Made by a program: the position numbers and the translations under genes. From Adineta vaga (Eukaryota; Animalia; Rotifera), in contig CP075497.1 of assembly GCA_021613535.1 (NCBI GenBank), positions 9,796,001 through 9,860,000 on the forward strand: 64,000 nt of DNA, written 5' to 3'. Under the pieces are notes generated by a model that searched no databases, had not been told where the DNA came from, and worked only from the letters and a program-made list of their open reading frames with translations. This document shows, one piece after another, positions 44,895 to 58,762 of this stretch. Position 1 is the first letter of the stretch. The number at the start of each line of letters is the position of its first letter.

Positions 44895-46894
44895 TTTCTA
44901 ATCAATTTCACTACTGCTTCTTTTTCTATTATTTGAAATGACAATGTCGAAACGTTGAAGCATGTATACATCTATCTAGATACACTGGTTTATTGAAGAA
45001 TCTAGATTAGGATAAATAGAAGAGACAAATAATCCATGTGCTTCTATGAACAATATAGAGAGAAATGTCTGATTGATGTAGTTCATACACCCTCAACTAG
45101 AAAATAACTGTAATTTTGTTAGATTTTAGATGATGAGCGAGATCTTGAATATAAAAAACAACGCATCACTATCATAAATTAAATGGTAAAAGGGCCAGTT
45201 GATTTTAACAATTGAACCATTTTGAGAATGTGAATGTTAGCGGCATGATTCTACTCACCCTTTTTCTGTCTATTTATTCATTCTTAGTTCTTGGATGACG
45301 CCATTATATATATATATATATGTAATCTTTACTCGTATACTCAAGAATCAAAGACGATATCTTTCTTTTATTTTAGTTTTTATAACTTCAAATATAGGAA
45401 TATTTTCTCATTTTAAGTTTTATTTAAATATTCTGTAATTCTTTCATGGTATTTCAATTCGTTTTTCATGATTCGACATAATGTTTTGTTAGAGAGATAG
45501 AATAGACGAAAATACATTTCATCTTAGATTAAAAACGTGCATTTTTGTATTTTGTATTGAAAGAATTTATATATCCAATGATATCCAAAATTATCGACAT
45601 ATCATTATTTGATGTGTTTCATCTTTTATCAGAAAGGTACTGATAAAAGCTCCAGTGTAACTTATAATCAAATGCATCAAGCTTGTAATACATAACAAGC
45701 CATCACGTATTAATCTTACTCTTGTGATATTATTGTTTCATATTCATACGCATAACAATCAGCTTATGCATCAAGCCGTTCGTTGATATTTTTTTATCTT
45801 TTGTATACATATTTTTTGATAATGATGGTCAGAGAAAACTCATTAAATAAACAAAACTAAAATTATCTTTTTAGGAAAAGATGCATTTACCGACAAGGTT
45901 GTCCAAAAACAAAACATGTAAAGAAAAACTAATATCAATGAAAGAGACAAGATACATATTAATAAATATAATAATTTAAAGGATTATTTTTCAATTATCT
46001 AACTCATCGAATAATGTTTGGTAGAGTCAAAACAACGTTACTAGAACAAGAATTTTTATTCGAAGACAGATTACAATATTCGCATGTCGATATTCCATAA
46101 TAGAAAGACAACATAGATATTATGTTTGTCCCATTTTATTCAAAATAAAGCCGATACTAATAGTTAAAATAAAATATGTGCAATTTACATAACGCAGCAC
46201 GTATCTAAATTGTATCCTTGAAAGAAAATGCAAAGTCTAATATCTCACATGATACAATTTTGTCTGAAAAAAATTCCAGCACGTTTGATACTTCGACTTT
46301 GTACAAGGCATTACGATGATATCAGATAAAATTATAAATATTCTATGATTATCATCCTACGCAATACTAGTTTTTCTCACTCGTGATCAACAGTCTATAA
46401 ATTGAGTGCGTATATCACAGTTTCTTCATATCAGTTCTCATCGTCGCAAAAAAAACATCCTCTTTTAATAAAGCAATACATTGTTTGCAACGATCATCCG
46501 TATCAGTAAGTAGAATAGCTAAACACTATTTTATCGTTATTCTGAAACTCTGTTATCAACGAATGAATAGACTAGTTAAATTTCTATAGTAACGAAGGTT
46601 GCATTACTTAGTAAATATAAAGTTTCTAGAAAATCAATACTAGAAACTGTGATTTATATCTTCGTGCGAATATTCTGACAATTTGAGGTCTAACTATAAA
46701 AATTCATTTTGCCAATATGCTTTTCCATTTGTTTAATTGTAGGAACGATAATAAAGATATTTTTGACCATACTTCTAATCACAGTGCGATCGAAACACAA
46801 TACTAAACTGCGCAAGATTCAGTTTTCAATTATTTCCATCTTTCAAATCAACAATGATACTACTTCAGTCTTTTGGAAATTTGTTTCCATGCAT

Positions 46895-47052
46895 ACACAT
46901 ATCCAAGAACTCGGTGTGGAAACGGTCGATTCTATGGTATCCCTGTGATTAAATGAAACCAGTATTCAGGATCGGAAAATGTTTGCTTTTTTTCTGGTGT
47001 CCTCCAAACAATTATGGATTAGTTCCAAAAATCCAAATTATCGTCCTAGGTG
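46895..47052. repeat. Possible degenerate interspersed repeat / MITE remnant
   Basis: Locally GC-elevated non-coding patch (ggaaacggtcgattc...cagtattcaggatcggaaaa...cgtcctagg) in a gene-free AT-rich region. A second similar-looking patch lies at ~47455-47540. No terminal repeats could be verified. Confidence 0.3.
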
Positions 47053-48598
47053 AAAAATACCCTTGGATAAACAAGAGAACTTATGGAAAAGGGATGCTTC
47101 AACGATAGCAATAGCAGAAATACAATACTAGAATCAAGTACATCCAACAAAAATCACACTTTTAAAATCTTATCAACAATATCTTGTTTATTCAACAGTG
47201 AACAAAATGGAAGTTAATCATGAATAGATGTGCTGCCAACAAAATCCAAAGTACAAAAAGAGTTTTACTGGCATGTATATGAAATTATATTGGTTTGATA
47301 AGAAAGTACTTTTCTACTATTTACAGTGACTCAGTACGCACAGGATGGTACCTAACGAATCTCATACGAAAATAGAATCAATGTACTTGCAAGGTATAGT
47401 GTATGGATCTTGATACCAAAAATGTTTAGTTAAAATTTCTTATAGTACAAAATCTCACTCGATCGAATAGCTTCCAGAATCAGATCACACCAAAAAACGT
47501 CGTTGGAAATCCGACTATCGAGTTGATCGACCAGGAAATAAGTTGAAATCGTAAAAACGAATATCTTCATTAAACAAAAGTATTATACAAAGCTTTGTTA
47601 ATGTCATTAGCATTTCTTTTTGATTTTTGAAGGTTCAAATTTGGGTTTATAACGTAGATAACAAAACAAAATTATACTGTGACATTAAACTGCTTAAAAT
47701 CGACAGAAGCTAACCAATACTCCAGATCAATATATTTATTTTAAAGTTGACTCTTTCTCCACATTACATTTAATTAGTTAGAATTTTTATTTTTCCACTG
47801 AAATACGTGGCATCAACGAGTCAGACTAAATGTACCGCGATTAATCAGCATGAAATCAGAATAATAGACTGTTTTTGAAGGCAATTTAGAATTAATCTTG
47901 TTTTTTGTTTCAGATAAAAACTAAAAACAGCAGAAATAGGTAATGCACATCATTTTCTTAGCCATAGCAACACCAGGATGCATTCAGGTTAGACATTTAA
48001 GAATGAAAATCAAGGTTTTTTGGAAACAAAAAAATGCTCTCATTTACTATCCGGCCTTATTTCCTGGACAAGAGCGTATTCCTGAAAATGCTTTAGTTAT
48101 CTTTTCTTTGTTGTAAAAAGACATACAAATTTAAACAGTGTTTCACATTTCATTTCAAATTGATTCTCTTTCGTTCACATAACTAACGAGACTATCATTA
48201 TGATGATGTTCTTTTCATTCACTCTCCCTCTTGTTCTCTCTCTCTATATATATATTTCTTGTAAAGCAGAATCATACACGTTCATGCCCAATAGTAGGAG
48301 AAAAAGGAAAGGAAGAGAGGAAATATAAAGATAAATGATGCATGTACACGTTTTCTCTTACGTACAACGACCAAGCAGAATTCAACAAATGAGCAGAAAA
48401 GAGTTGTTTCGCTCATTTTTCACTCGTCATGCCATGACATATATATATATATATATATACAGATTTGCTAGTTGATTATTTGTCTAAGTCAATTGATTAA
48501 TTTGCTAAATTATTTTTAGTTCGATCAAAAAAAAATTGAACATCTAAAACAGCATCCGTCTCAAGACGACGACAACGACGACGAAATTTCAAAAAGTG

Positions 48599-50301
48599 AT
48601 GGCGGACGATAAATCACCACTGGTTCGTGATATATTAATCAGTGATGCTGTTATGTTCGATAAAACTCAAGATAGTGTATATCATACCGATTTAATCGAT
48701 AATAATAGTGAGTTCTTTCAAAATATATTATTTCCATATGCAGATTTTCACATAGTTTCAATGGGTAATGAAGTTGCAATGTGTCCATTTGATATATTCT
48801 CACTGAATTATATCAAAGAAGATGAAATAATCGAGACGATGTTTGTTGATGAATTTATATCAAATTCTAGTTTTGATCTGCCATATAGTACGTAACATAG
48901 ATAATTCAACGATAAAACACATTAATATATACGAACTATTGCAGCATCTTCCATTCCATCATCTTCTCCATCGACTTACAGTGATTTCCAATCACACGTT
49001 GGTTCCAACTATCATGTGAGTTTAGTTAAATTGATTTATTTTTTCATATTTCCTATATAAACTTTTCCATTTAGTGTACTATTGATTCTCACTATCTTTC
49101 ATGTCTTTCCATATCCTTCAGCAATCCTCCTGATACAATCTACCATGTACGCTACTTAAGTGAAATTACAAATTCACCACTTGATGGTAACATCGTCCAC
49201 ACAAAGAAGAAAACGAAAAAGAATATTTCTGGACGATATTTGAAAGGAACACATGGTCGTCATATTACAATTGATGTAAGTGATGAACAAAACTGAATAG
49301 AAGATCTCTTTGCTACTATTAGTATTGAAAGCATCCTAACAATAGATCTATAAGCATTTGATCATGAAGCAAAGTAGATATGACGAGAAACGAATGCGTT
49401 CATTTTCAGTTAGTTCATAGATACATTGTTTCATCTAATTGACACTCTAATTATATTTATACATCTAAACGCTCTGTTATAATTGCTTGTCATTAAAAAT
49501 AAACAAAATGATCGGAAGCAGATGTCGAAATTGCTGTTCTTCGAATAAGGTATCAAACAATGATATTGCACAGATTGTATCTAAACAAATGTACCGTCTT
49601 TTCTTCTAATTCTAAGATAAACAAAATGAATTCTTTGTACTTTTTTAAAATATTTTTTAGCTTCCTATTAATTTGCCTGATTATAATGAATACTTTATTC
49701 GTGTTACTCGTCTTACTGTTCCGTATCAAAATCGTTCTTTTATTCATCCATATCCTCTTCTATATTCACCACCAAAGAAAAAGTCACTTTCTGTTTCAAC
49801 AGAAGAAAAGGAATGGATATATTTCAAACTAAACAAAGAAGATATTTGTTCTCGTTCGAAACAGTATGTACTCTGATACATTGTATATCATCTATTTAAA
49901 TCTTTCACAATTAGATTTCCTAATATCATCTTGACTCGTATAAAACAATCTGAACTTAAAAATATGCATACTTTACAGTTATACGGTAACTTATTTGCTT
50001 GATTTACAAAATAGTTTGAATTGTCTTCTTTAGATGACAGAATGATGACATGTACATTTGAAGGCGATACTCCGAAACAAAAGATAGCTATGTATCAATT
50101 AAAAAAGTCTCAACTTGATTTTCGTTTAGTAATGAAATGTGCAGAAACAGGTGAATATATAGATTTAAATGCTTCATGTCGGTCAGAAGAACTTCTTGAA
50201 GGTAAAATCTTGAATGTAATTTCTACGATTTTCTGACTGATTATTTTTTCGTAGAAGAAGGAACTGAATGTAAAAAATTAACCATCGCAGGTCCATTGTA
50301 A
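48599..50301 (+). CDS. Protein with a highly divergent Rel-homology (RHD) DNA-binding-like domain; about 7 exons
   Basis: Spliced ORF: FSNPPDTIYHVRYLSE...GRYLKG...IRVTRLT...FIHPYPL...FPNIILTRIKQSEL...YQLKKSQLDFRL...CRSEELLE. The motif order parallels RHD (EQP..RFRY.CE; HPH.L; F.NLGI..V; DL..VRLCF; S.PI.D). The gene is well supported; the domain call is by-eye inference. Confidence 0.6.
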
Positions 50302-51007
50302 TTATAAAATTTAATTTGTATGAAAATTATACGAAATCAAATATCATGGTGTATATAAATTCAATGATTAGTACAACCACAGCTATCGTTTTTCTTTTTC
50401 TACAAGTAATTCTAAATGTATATTTGCTGTGTGTTTTTTCTTTTTCATTTGAAAAATAAAATACGTATTCAGCTCAACGCCATAAAATTGTTTTCATTAT
50501 GATAAAGAACGATAGAACGATAGATGTACGAGTCTCACATGTTCAATTATATGCAGCAAAAAATGAATTTATTTTTGTTTCTTGAATGTTCTATCAATGT
50601 TATATGTTATGCTTTGATGAACTGAACATTAGCGACATCTTTTATTTGTAAACAATAATTTTCGATAACGAATATTTTCAAATTGATAACTAATATTTTC
50701 AATAAAACATCTAAAAAATATCTTAAGAAATGTTTTCTTTCTTAAATATTCAATTGTATCCTTCTCTTCAAAACTCTCTTAGGACTCATAAACGAGTCCA
50801 ATGGCAGTTGCTTTTTGTTGTTTATTCTCTATGGTCTACAAAATTTTCCATGTAAATGATCATCGTTTTGTAAAAAGCACCAAAATTAATTTTTCTTTCT
50901 TTTAGATGCATTAGCCACCAATATTTGTAAAAAATTAATCCAATATTATTCAATAATTTTTGTCAAAACGCGTGCGTTTTTCTTGTTTCTTTTTTATTAC
51001 TAAGCTA

Positions 51008-51677
51008 ATGTCTCAACGTGCTCGTGTTGCTGCTGCTCGTGCAGCTAAAACGTCTGCTACTTCTTCATTTTCTCAATCAAATAATAAATCGAAATCAAAG
51101 AAAAAACCTGTTCCAACTCGCAAAATTACACGTAGTAATGTTAATAGTGGTGCTGTGAAAAAGAAAACACCAGTCAAAGCCAGTAAAAAATCTTCACCAA
51201 CAAAACGTCGTCTTCAACAACGTTCATCGACAAGTACACGTTCATCAACAAGACCAACGACTGTCACAACACCAGTACTGACACCAAGAAAAAAACGTCT
51301 TTCTGGCTTAACAGCTGCAACTCTTCTTCAATATTGTACTAACGTGCTTTCACCACCACCACCACCACCACCATCATCCACTGAAAAACAACAGCCAACG
51401 TCAAAGCGTCAGTTACGTTCAACAAACAGTAGTCCAGCATCAAGGAACAATCCAAGTGCAACAAATCGAAAGAAGACAAAGGTTTGATCAAAAGAAATAA
51501 CGAAATATTTGAGATTTATTTTATCTAAATTTTAGACTAAAGCAAAAGTAACACAAAAACAAACAATAACAAATACACGAACAACACGTGCACGAAAATC
51601 AGCTGCCGCAGCAGTAAAAGTGTCATCAACATCAAGTGATGATGACAGTAGTGAACATAATGAAAAACAAGAAGAAA

Positions 51678-51708
<31 letters not shown>

Positions 51709-54700
51709 CGAAGATGAAGATGATGAAGATGTTTCAGAGAAAAAAACAAAAGTTAAAAAACAATCAAGTGAAGAAGGAAACAGTGCTGATGAAAATATTC
51801 GACCTTCACGTCGTCGTACAAAAACAAAAGCAAAAACGAAAGCAACAACAAATGGACGTAAACGGCAAGTTTCCAATATTTCATCAACAGATGATGTTAA
51901 ACCTGCTCAAGTTGAATTAAATATTCATACTCGGTCACGTCGTGAAGCAAGTTCACGTGCATCAGCTATGATTATGCAACAGAATGAAATTGAACGTAGT
52001 CGTTTCCATTTCTCTCTAGCAAATGAACGTTCCACATCAGTTAATCGAAGACGTCGCACTAAAAGTACAGTTACTAATAAAGATGATTCTCATACTGATA
52101 TCATTCCTGATCCACTTGAACAACCGTCTGCAGAACCATTTAAATTTAATGTTCCATCCGTTCCACCAGTAACAACATCTGCCGTCGTGCCTGCAACAAT
52201 AATAACAACAGCACCAGTACAAACAACAAATCGTAAAGTAACACCACCACCATCTTTATCGAGTATAATAACTGCACCGCCACCATCAGTAACAAATGTA
52301 TCGAATAAAACTGAGTATGCTCAATCATCGAATGCAGTTACAACTAAATCCAACCATCAATTACTATCACCGGCAACTACAATAGCAACACCATCTAATT
52401 CAAAATATCCATCATTAACAGAAACAATTCTAGCTGAACATGATCGTTTACATGGCACAACACCACCATATCATACAACTAAACGTGATAATCTAATTAA
52501 ATGGACACAAGAATTAGCATTATATGATCGTTTATCACCACCATTTCCTGAAAATGAAATCCCATTGGAATCATTTCATGGTGCTTCTTCAACGATATCA
52601 TCAACTACGACAACAACAACAACAAACGATCAAATACAATCAAATCGTGGTGGTATTATTATTAGTCAAAATAATAGTAATAGCAATCAAAGTACTAGTG
52701 CAGCAACAAATAATGGTGGTTCAATTATTGGTGGTGCTGGATCATCATCAACGACTGTCGCTGGAACAAGTACAGTTACAACAGGTGGAACAACAAGTAA
52801 TAATACACATAGTAAATCAACAGCTAAAGCTACTCCATTAGTGCCTACGGCGTCTTTACTGAAACAACCAACTAATACTAGTACAACTAGTACAAACTTT
52901 GTACAAAAAACTCGTCCAGCAGCAAAAGGATCCAATGCAGTAACAGGTATAGTATCAATTTGAATTCAAACTAAACGATTCATCAATTTGTTTATGTTAG
53001 CTTCGCCTATTATAGCACCAGATCATTCAGTGTCATCAACTCCTTTACTTAATTCTTCTGGAGCTCTAACGCCTGCTATTTTCGGTGGAACAACAGCAAA
53101 TACATCTTCTTCTTCATCGCTGTCATCTCGACCACTTTCATCTTCACTCGATCATCATCTTCGTCATCCACATTCATCGAACACTTCAACACCAATGCCA
53201 ACTTCAAATATTAATCCAACAACAAGTCCAGCTTTTCTTACATCATCTGCTGCGGCTGCTGCTGCAGCGGCGGCGGCAGCAGCTGCAGCTGCATTTCCTA
53301 TCGATTTACGTTCGTTTTATCCTCTTTTGCCTTGTTGGCAATATCCGGGTAAGATGCATCAATGAATGGCATGCATGTCGTTTTTTCCTCTTTATATGTA
53401 TATCTATGATTTATTCATTCTATTTTACATTGTATTCGAACCATCACAAGAGAAAAATATCTGCCATATTCTATAGATACGAGATATATTTTCCGGATTT
53501 CTATAATAGTAGATCTTTTCAATATGAAATTATATATCACTAGCTTTCTTGTTCAATGTCGTGTTATTCGATTATTATAGATAGAATAAAAACTGATTTT
53601 TTGACTGACAGCAGCAGTTGGTATGTAGATCTCCAGATGATTCATACATACACACACCTATATATATTCTTTCTCTTTTTCTTTTCTGAACGCTTTTCTT
53701 ATCTTATCTCCTGATGTAAAATAGCTAACTTACTTTTTTTAAATTTCATCCATCGATTATCGCATAGTACAATTTTTGTTTGAAGATATCATCTATTCTA
53801 ATACTCATTTGTTTTTCTATTTAGCTTGGACATTTCCATCGTCAGCATCATTACTTAGTCAACAAGCAAATTGTCTTCTACCACCTTCATCAACGCTTCC
53901 ACCACCACCATCTCCGGTTGTTCATCATAAAACATCTATAACGCGTCATCGTACAACAACACATTTAGAAACTAAACAAAAGAAATCGTCGACAGTAACA
54001 ACATCAACTATTAATTCAACTAATTCAAATAATAATAATACAAAACAACAATCTCTAGTGCCAGTCTTTGATTCACAACAGAAATCAGCTTTATCACCGA
54101 AGAAAGAAGCACTAACATTTCATTTACATACTCATCATCATCATCACATTCATAATCCTAATCCTCCACTATCGTCAAATACATCATCATTACTAAAATC
54201 ACCTAATCCAACGAAAACAACAACAGTACCATTATCGCCTCAAAAGTCTAGTGTTCTTGTAAATAAAGAACAACTTGTTGAAACCAAAATGATTCTCCCA
54301 TTAAGTGTAAATAATGTTGTTAAAAAAGAACATCAATTGATTACGACAAATGATTTCTTATCATTATCATCAATAACAACAGAAAATGAAGCTTTAAATT
54401 TTTCAATTAAACATTTATCAGCAAATAAAAAACCAAATGTAAATGAATCTGATGGTATAATAAAGAAGGCAACATCAAGAAAATCATCTCCAGTTAAAGG
54501 ACGTACCGATTTTAGTTCGAAATCAAACAGGTAAATGAATAAAAACAACGTCTGCATGTAAGTCTGATTAATTATTTTTTTTAGTTCACCAACCCATTCT
54601 ACTGGTGATCGAGCTCTATATACAATCAATTCAATCATTACTTCACCTACAAAACATTCTGCTATTAATCTTAGTACATATTCATCAAATCAACGACAAC

Positions 54701-56244
54701 GTCTATTAAATCCTCCAACTGGAACAACAACTATTATCTCACCTGTGTCAAATATTCTTAATTCAAATGGTGAATTATCTGTTCATAATGATGACGATCA
54801 TAAATCTGCGAAACGTAATCATAAGCGTCGTAGTGTCTCAGCAGCCACAACTAGTGCAACAACATTTATATCAATAACAGGGAAAAATGCTCGTTCAGCA
54901 CGTACAACATCATCATCGGCAATTCCTGTACGATCCAAATTATCGACACATTTACTCAATGCAAAACGATCACATTCGCCACCTTCTGTAACATTGCTTG
55001 GATCGATTAAAAATCCTAGTCAAAGAAAAAAACAAAAAATTTCTCATTACTGGGCTTTATTTGGCAGATCGGAGCAAAAATTAGTATCAATTGATGTAAG
55101 TCATTCCATATGTTTATTTTCAAGGTATAAATAGAACTACTTTTTGTTTTCAGGCTGACAAACCGCCGGTTTATCGCGAATGTTATTCATCAATTCGACA
55201 TGTAAAAGAAAAAGATATTATTAAATCTGATGATTGTGTTCTATTACGTCCTGAGAATGCTGAACATAATGGTATAACACCCTATTTAGCTAAGGTGAAA
55301 TGGTTTTGGGAAGAACCAGAATCAGGTTTGACAAAGAAGATCTCTCTTGTTTATTTATAATCATAAAAATATTGTATAAATTGTAGGTGAAATTCAAATG
55401 TCACTCGTTTGGTATTATCATCCAGAACATAGTGAATTACCACTACGTGTTAAAGAACATTTTCTACCAAATGAAGTCTTAGCATCAAAATATTGGGATT
55501 GTGTGAATGTAGCCTGTATTGAAGATAAATGTTATGTGCTCAATGTTAATGAATATAATCGGTAATAATTGAAACTAAAACTTAAAGATCGAATTTGTAA
55601 GATTTCATTTTCGAGCATATGAGTTGATCTAATCTCAGTTAAAGATCTTTATCTAAAAGCATCAAAACGTCATCTATGTTTGATGACTTAATATAGTTCC
55701 GGTTTTAAGTACTCGATCGAGTACTAAATCGGATATGAACTTCCGTTTGTCAATCCAAATGATTGTTACTATCGTTAAAGTCAATTGTGTGCACATGATT
55801 GAGGCAAGAGAGTGTCAAAATCAATCGACATTCAATAGAACTGTATGAATTTTTGATTAATATTTATTTCTGTTTTATTCTTTTTGTAGTTATTGTATTC
55901 GTGAAAAAGTCTCCGATCTTTTCGACCATCCTGAATCAGTGGATCAGTTAAAATCTCTGTTAAACAGAAATACTACCACTATTCATCACCGACCATTACC
56001 ATCAAAAAATGTCGATAATCAAAATATCTTCTTTTGTCGCTATGTATACGATTATCGAGCGAAACGTATTTTGAAAAATCCAAGTTTAAATAATTCTAAT
56101 ACTAATCCGACGACGATGACGACGACAGCAACAACAACAACAACAGCAATAACAACAACTACAACGACGGCGGCAATGTTGACCACGACGACGACAGTTA
56201 ATCCCACTACGACAATTTCTGTACCTACGGCAGCACGCATGTGA
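51008..56244 (+). CDS. BAH-domain chromatin reader, BAHD1-like; multi-exon with a long low-complexity N-terminus
   Basis: C-terminal BAH: DCVLLRP...[30 protein letters not shown]...NEVLASKYWDCVNVACIEDKCYVL...YNRY...IFFCRYVYDYRAKRILKNP. Also contains RSRREASSRASAMI and poly-D, poly-A and poly-T tracts. Confidence 0.85.
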
Positions 56245-56906
56245 ATCTCTTTATTATTATTTTTTGTTTCTTAGATTCTTTTTTTCTGACGTGTTTTGTG
56301 CTCGACTATTCTGATTTCCTTTTCTTCTTGTATCTACGATTCTTTCTTGTTTGTTTGTTTGTTTGTTTTGTTTTATAGTTTTCTGAATTTGTTTCGACAA
56401 CGCAATTAAACTTCAATGTTATTAGTGGAACACATATACATTTGAGTAAAGAGAAAAAAAATATTTGTGTGTGATATTCTCTATTTCAAAAAGTTTTCAT
56501 CACTAGTTAATCTTTCTACTTCTCTATCTGCTGTGCTCTCTTTGTTTCATTCTTTCTATCGAGCTTTAATTAAATTAACAATTAATGATGCTCGTTACAA
56601 TCATTGTTGTTTGGAAACAATACTATTCTCTCTCTCTCATTGTATAAAACTTGTACATTTTTTGTCTTTACGAACAAAAAAGAACCAAACGGTCTCTCTC
56701 TCTCTCTTTCTCTCGCGTTTTTCTCTCTATATATTTTTCTTCGTTTTGTTTTGTTTGTTAGTCGTCACTACTGCTACTTTTCTTTTTTTTCTTTGCGTCT
56801 TCATTGAAAAATAGAAAAAAACTTTTTAAGTCTGGACTTGGTTTGTTTGGTTGTTATTTTATATATAAATGTTCGTATTTCTAGATTTTCATTCTATTAT
56901 ATATTC

Positions 56907-57387
56907 ATGTCAGCCAAAAGAGGTCGTGGTGGTGTCGGAGGTGGTAAATTTCGTATTTCACTTGGTTTACCCGTCGGTGCCGTTATTAATTGTGCTGATA
57001 ATACTGGCGCAAAGAACTTATTTGTCATTTCTGTCAAAGGTTTCGGCTCACGACTCAATCGATTACCAGCTGCTTGTGTTGGCGATATGATCATCTGTAA
57101 GAACGACGATTTTTTTTTTGGATAATCATTTGTTTATTTATTTTTATTTAGCAACAATAAAGAAGGGCAAACCAGATTTACGTAAAAAAGTTATGCCTGC
57201 CGTAGTTATTCGACAACGTAAACCGTTTCGCCGAAAAGATGGCACATTTATCTATTTTGAAGATAATGCTGGTGTTATCGTCAATAACAAAGGTGAATTG
57301 AAAGGTTCAGCAATCACTGGACCAGTGGCCAAAGAATGTGCTGATTTATGGCCACGTATCGCTGCCAATGCTCAATCTGTGGCTTAA
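56907..57387 (+). CDS. RPL23: 60S ribosomal protein L23 (uL14); 2 exons
   Basis: [38 protein letters not shown] ... [37 protein letters not shown]. Confidence 0.98.
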
Positions 57388-57548
57388 TAAAGAAAAAGAA
57401 AAATTTTCTGTCTGTTTTTATTTTCCAACTTACGAACAGAAAAAAAAAGAAAGAAATAATGCACATTTTTGTTTTGTTATTTTGATTAAATAAGATCATA
57501 TCAAAATATAGCATTCAGTTTTTGTTTATCGATAGAAAAAGAATTGTT

Positions 57549-58229
57549 TTATTCTGTTCCAGTATCGTACCTAAGAAATGCTCGAGAAAGTGCAGCAAGA
57601 ACGGAGAGAGCCGCATAGGGATCATCAATGGTATGTTTAAGTTCATCGAATTCTTTGAGAAGAAACTTTTTTCGTTTATTAATTTTCATTTGATTTTGTT
57701 GCTCATCGGTGATTTGTTGATTACGCTGTGATTGAAAAATGTTTTCTTCCAACATATCTGATTTAGATAATGGAAGATTTCTTGCTGATTGACTTGTTGT
57801 TACAGGACGAGCTTGAGATAATGATGAGCGTCGTATAAATTGATTTGAATGTCTTCTTTGAGCGATTTTTGATGTTGATGTTGAACATAATAAACGTTTT
57901 TCTGTTTCCGATGAAAAATTCAATAAACGAAAATGGTTATGTACACGTGCAAGACAATTCGGTGTTAGTAATGATGGTTCCTCATCTACATCTACATCAT
58001 CATCATCATCATCATCATCATCTGCAGTCGAATGAGATTCACTTTGTTCAAGATGCTTTTTAAGATGATTGATTTTACGATCAAATAATTGTTCTTGATG
58101 TTTATAAGAATGTAAAGTTGATAAATACATTTGTTTACGATGATTTTCGTCAATATCATGCTGAATTTTTAAACGTCTATGGGTACATCGACTGATTCTT
58201 ACAGTTGTTTTACTGATTCCGTCTTGCAT
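57549..58229 (-). CDS. Uncharacterised 226-aa intronless protein (coiled-coil N-terminus, poly-Asp tract)
   Basis: ATG-initiated open frame of 226 aa in AT-rich DNA with plausible composition. No recognisable domain. Confidence 0.65.
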   Translation of the reverse strand: MQDGISKTTVRISRCTHRRLKIQHDIDENHRKQMYLSTLHSYKHQEQLFDRKINHLKKHLEQSESHSTADDDDDDDDDVDVDEEPSLLTPNCLARVHNHFRLLNFSSETEKRLLCSTSTSKIAQRRHSNQFIRRSSLSQARPVTTSQSARNLPLSKSDMLEENIFQSQRNQQITDEQQNQMKINKRKKFLLKEFDELKHTIDDPYAALSVLAALSRAFLRYDTGTE

Positions 58230-58762
58230 TTGTATCGATTTGTTAATTTAAATTTATGAACATATAGACCTGTATATATATATATGATCAAGTGCTTTTA
58301 TTTTGATTTCCTTTTCTCGCTAACTTACCTTTTTTTTTCAAGATAAGAAAAAACGGATACACTTTCGAACGATTGTTACCAAGTCACTGATCGATAAGAA
58401 CTTGAAAGAAAATTGTTTATTTTTCTTTTCTAGATTTTGATTAATTGCGTCCATGCTTGATACTCTAGTCACCGACGAAAAGATAACAGTTGTTATTCAT
58501 ATCGGACAAGCCTATACAAAGTGCGTCAATTGAAAAGGAACATATACATATATCGCAAGTAAAATACTGTATATATTGATTTAGATATGGTTTTTCTGGT
58601 AATGATTCACCGCATCATATTATAACAACTAGTATTATTATTGATAGTAAGCTACATATCGAATCGATTTGATATGTTATTAGAAAGTATGGATCTTTTT
58701 TCTCTGTCATGTTTAGATACTTTTATAGATATCATCTGTCACATTTTTATTATCACATTTAG

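Noticed and set aside
46212-46219. GTATCCTT U12-type 5' splice consensus, also at 50756-50763
   Set aside because: Both copies are intergenic, with no upstream exon or U12 branch site evident.
48980-49015. HVGSNYH resembling the ELM2 start motif (VG..YQA)
   Set aside because: No downstream ELM2/SANT features. The rest of the protein fits an RHD-like pattern better.
51532-52935. Antisense and alternate-frame ORFs with poly-S/H/M tracts, also at 25206-25479, 31378-31770, 36783-37268 and 57845-58063
   Set aside because: Shadows of trinucleotide low-complexity coding in real genes.
56838-56906. N-terminal extension of RPL23 in the ORF track
   Set aside because: Artefact of a non-ATG start. The conserved start is the ATG at 56907.
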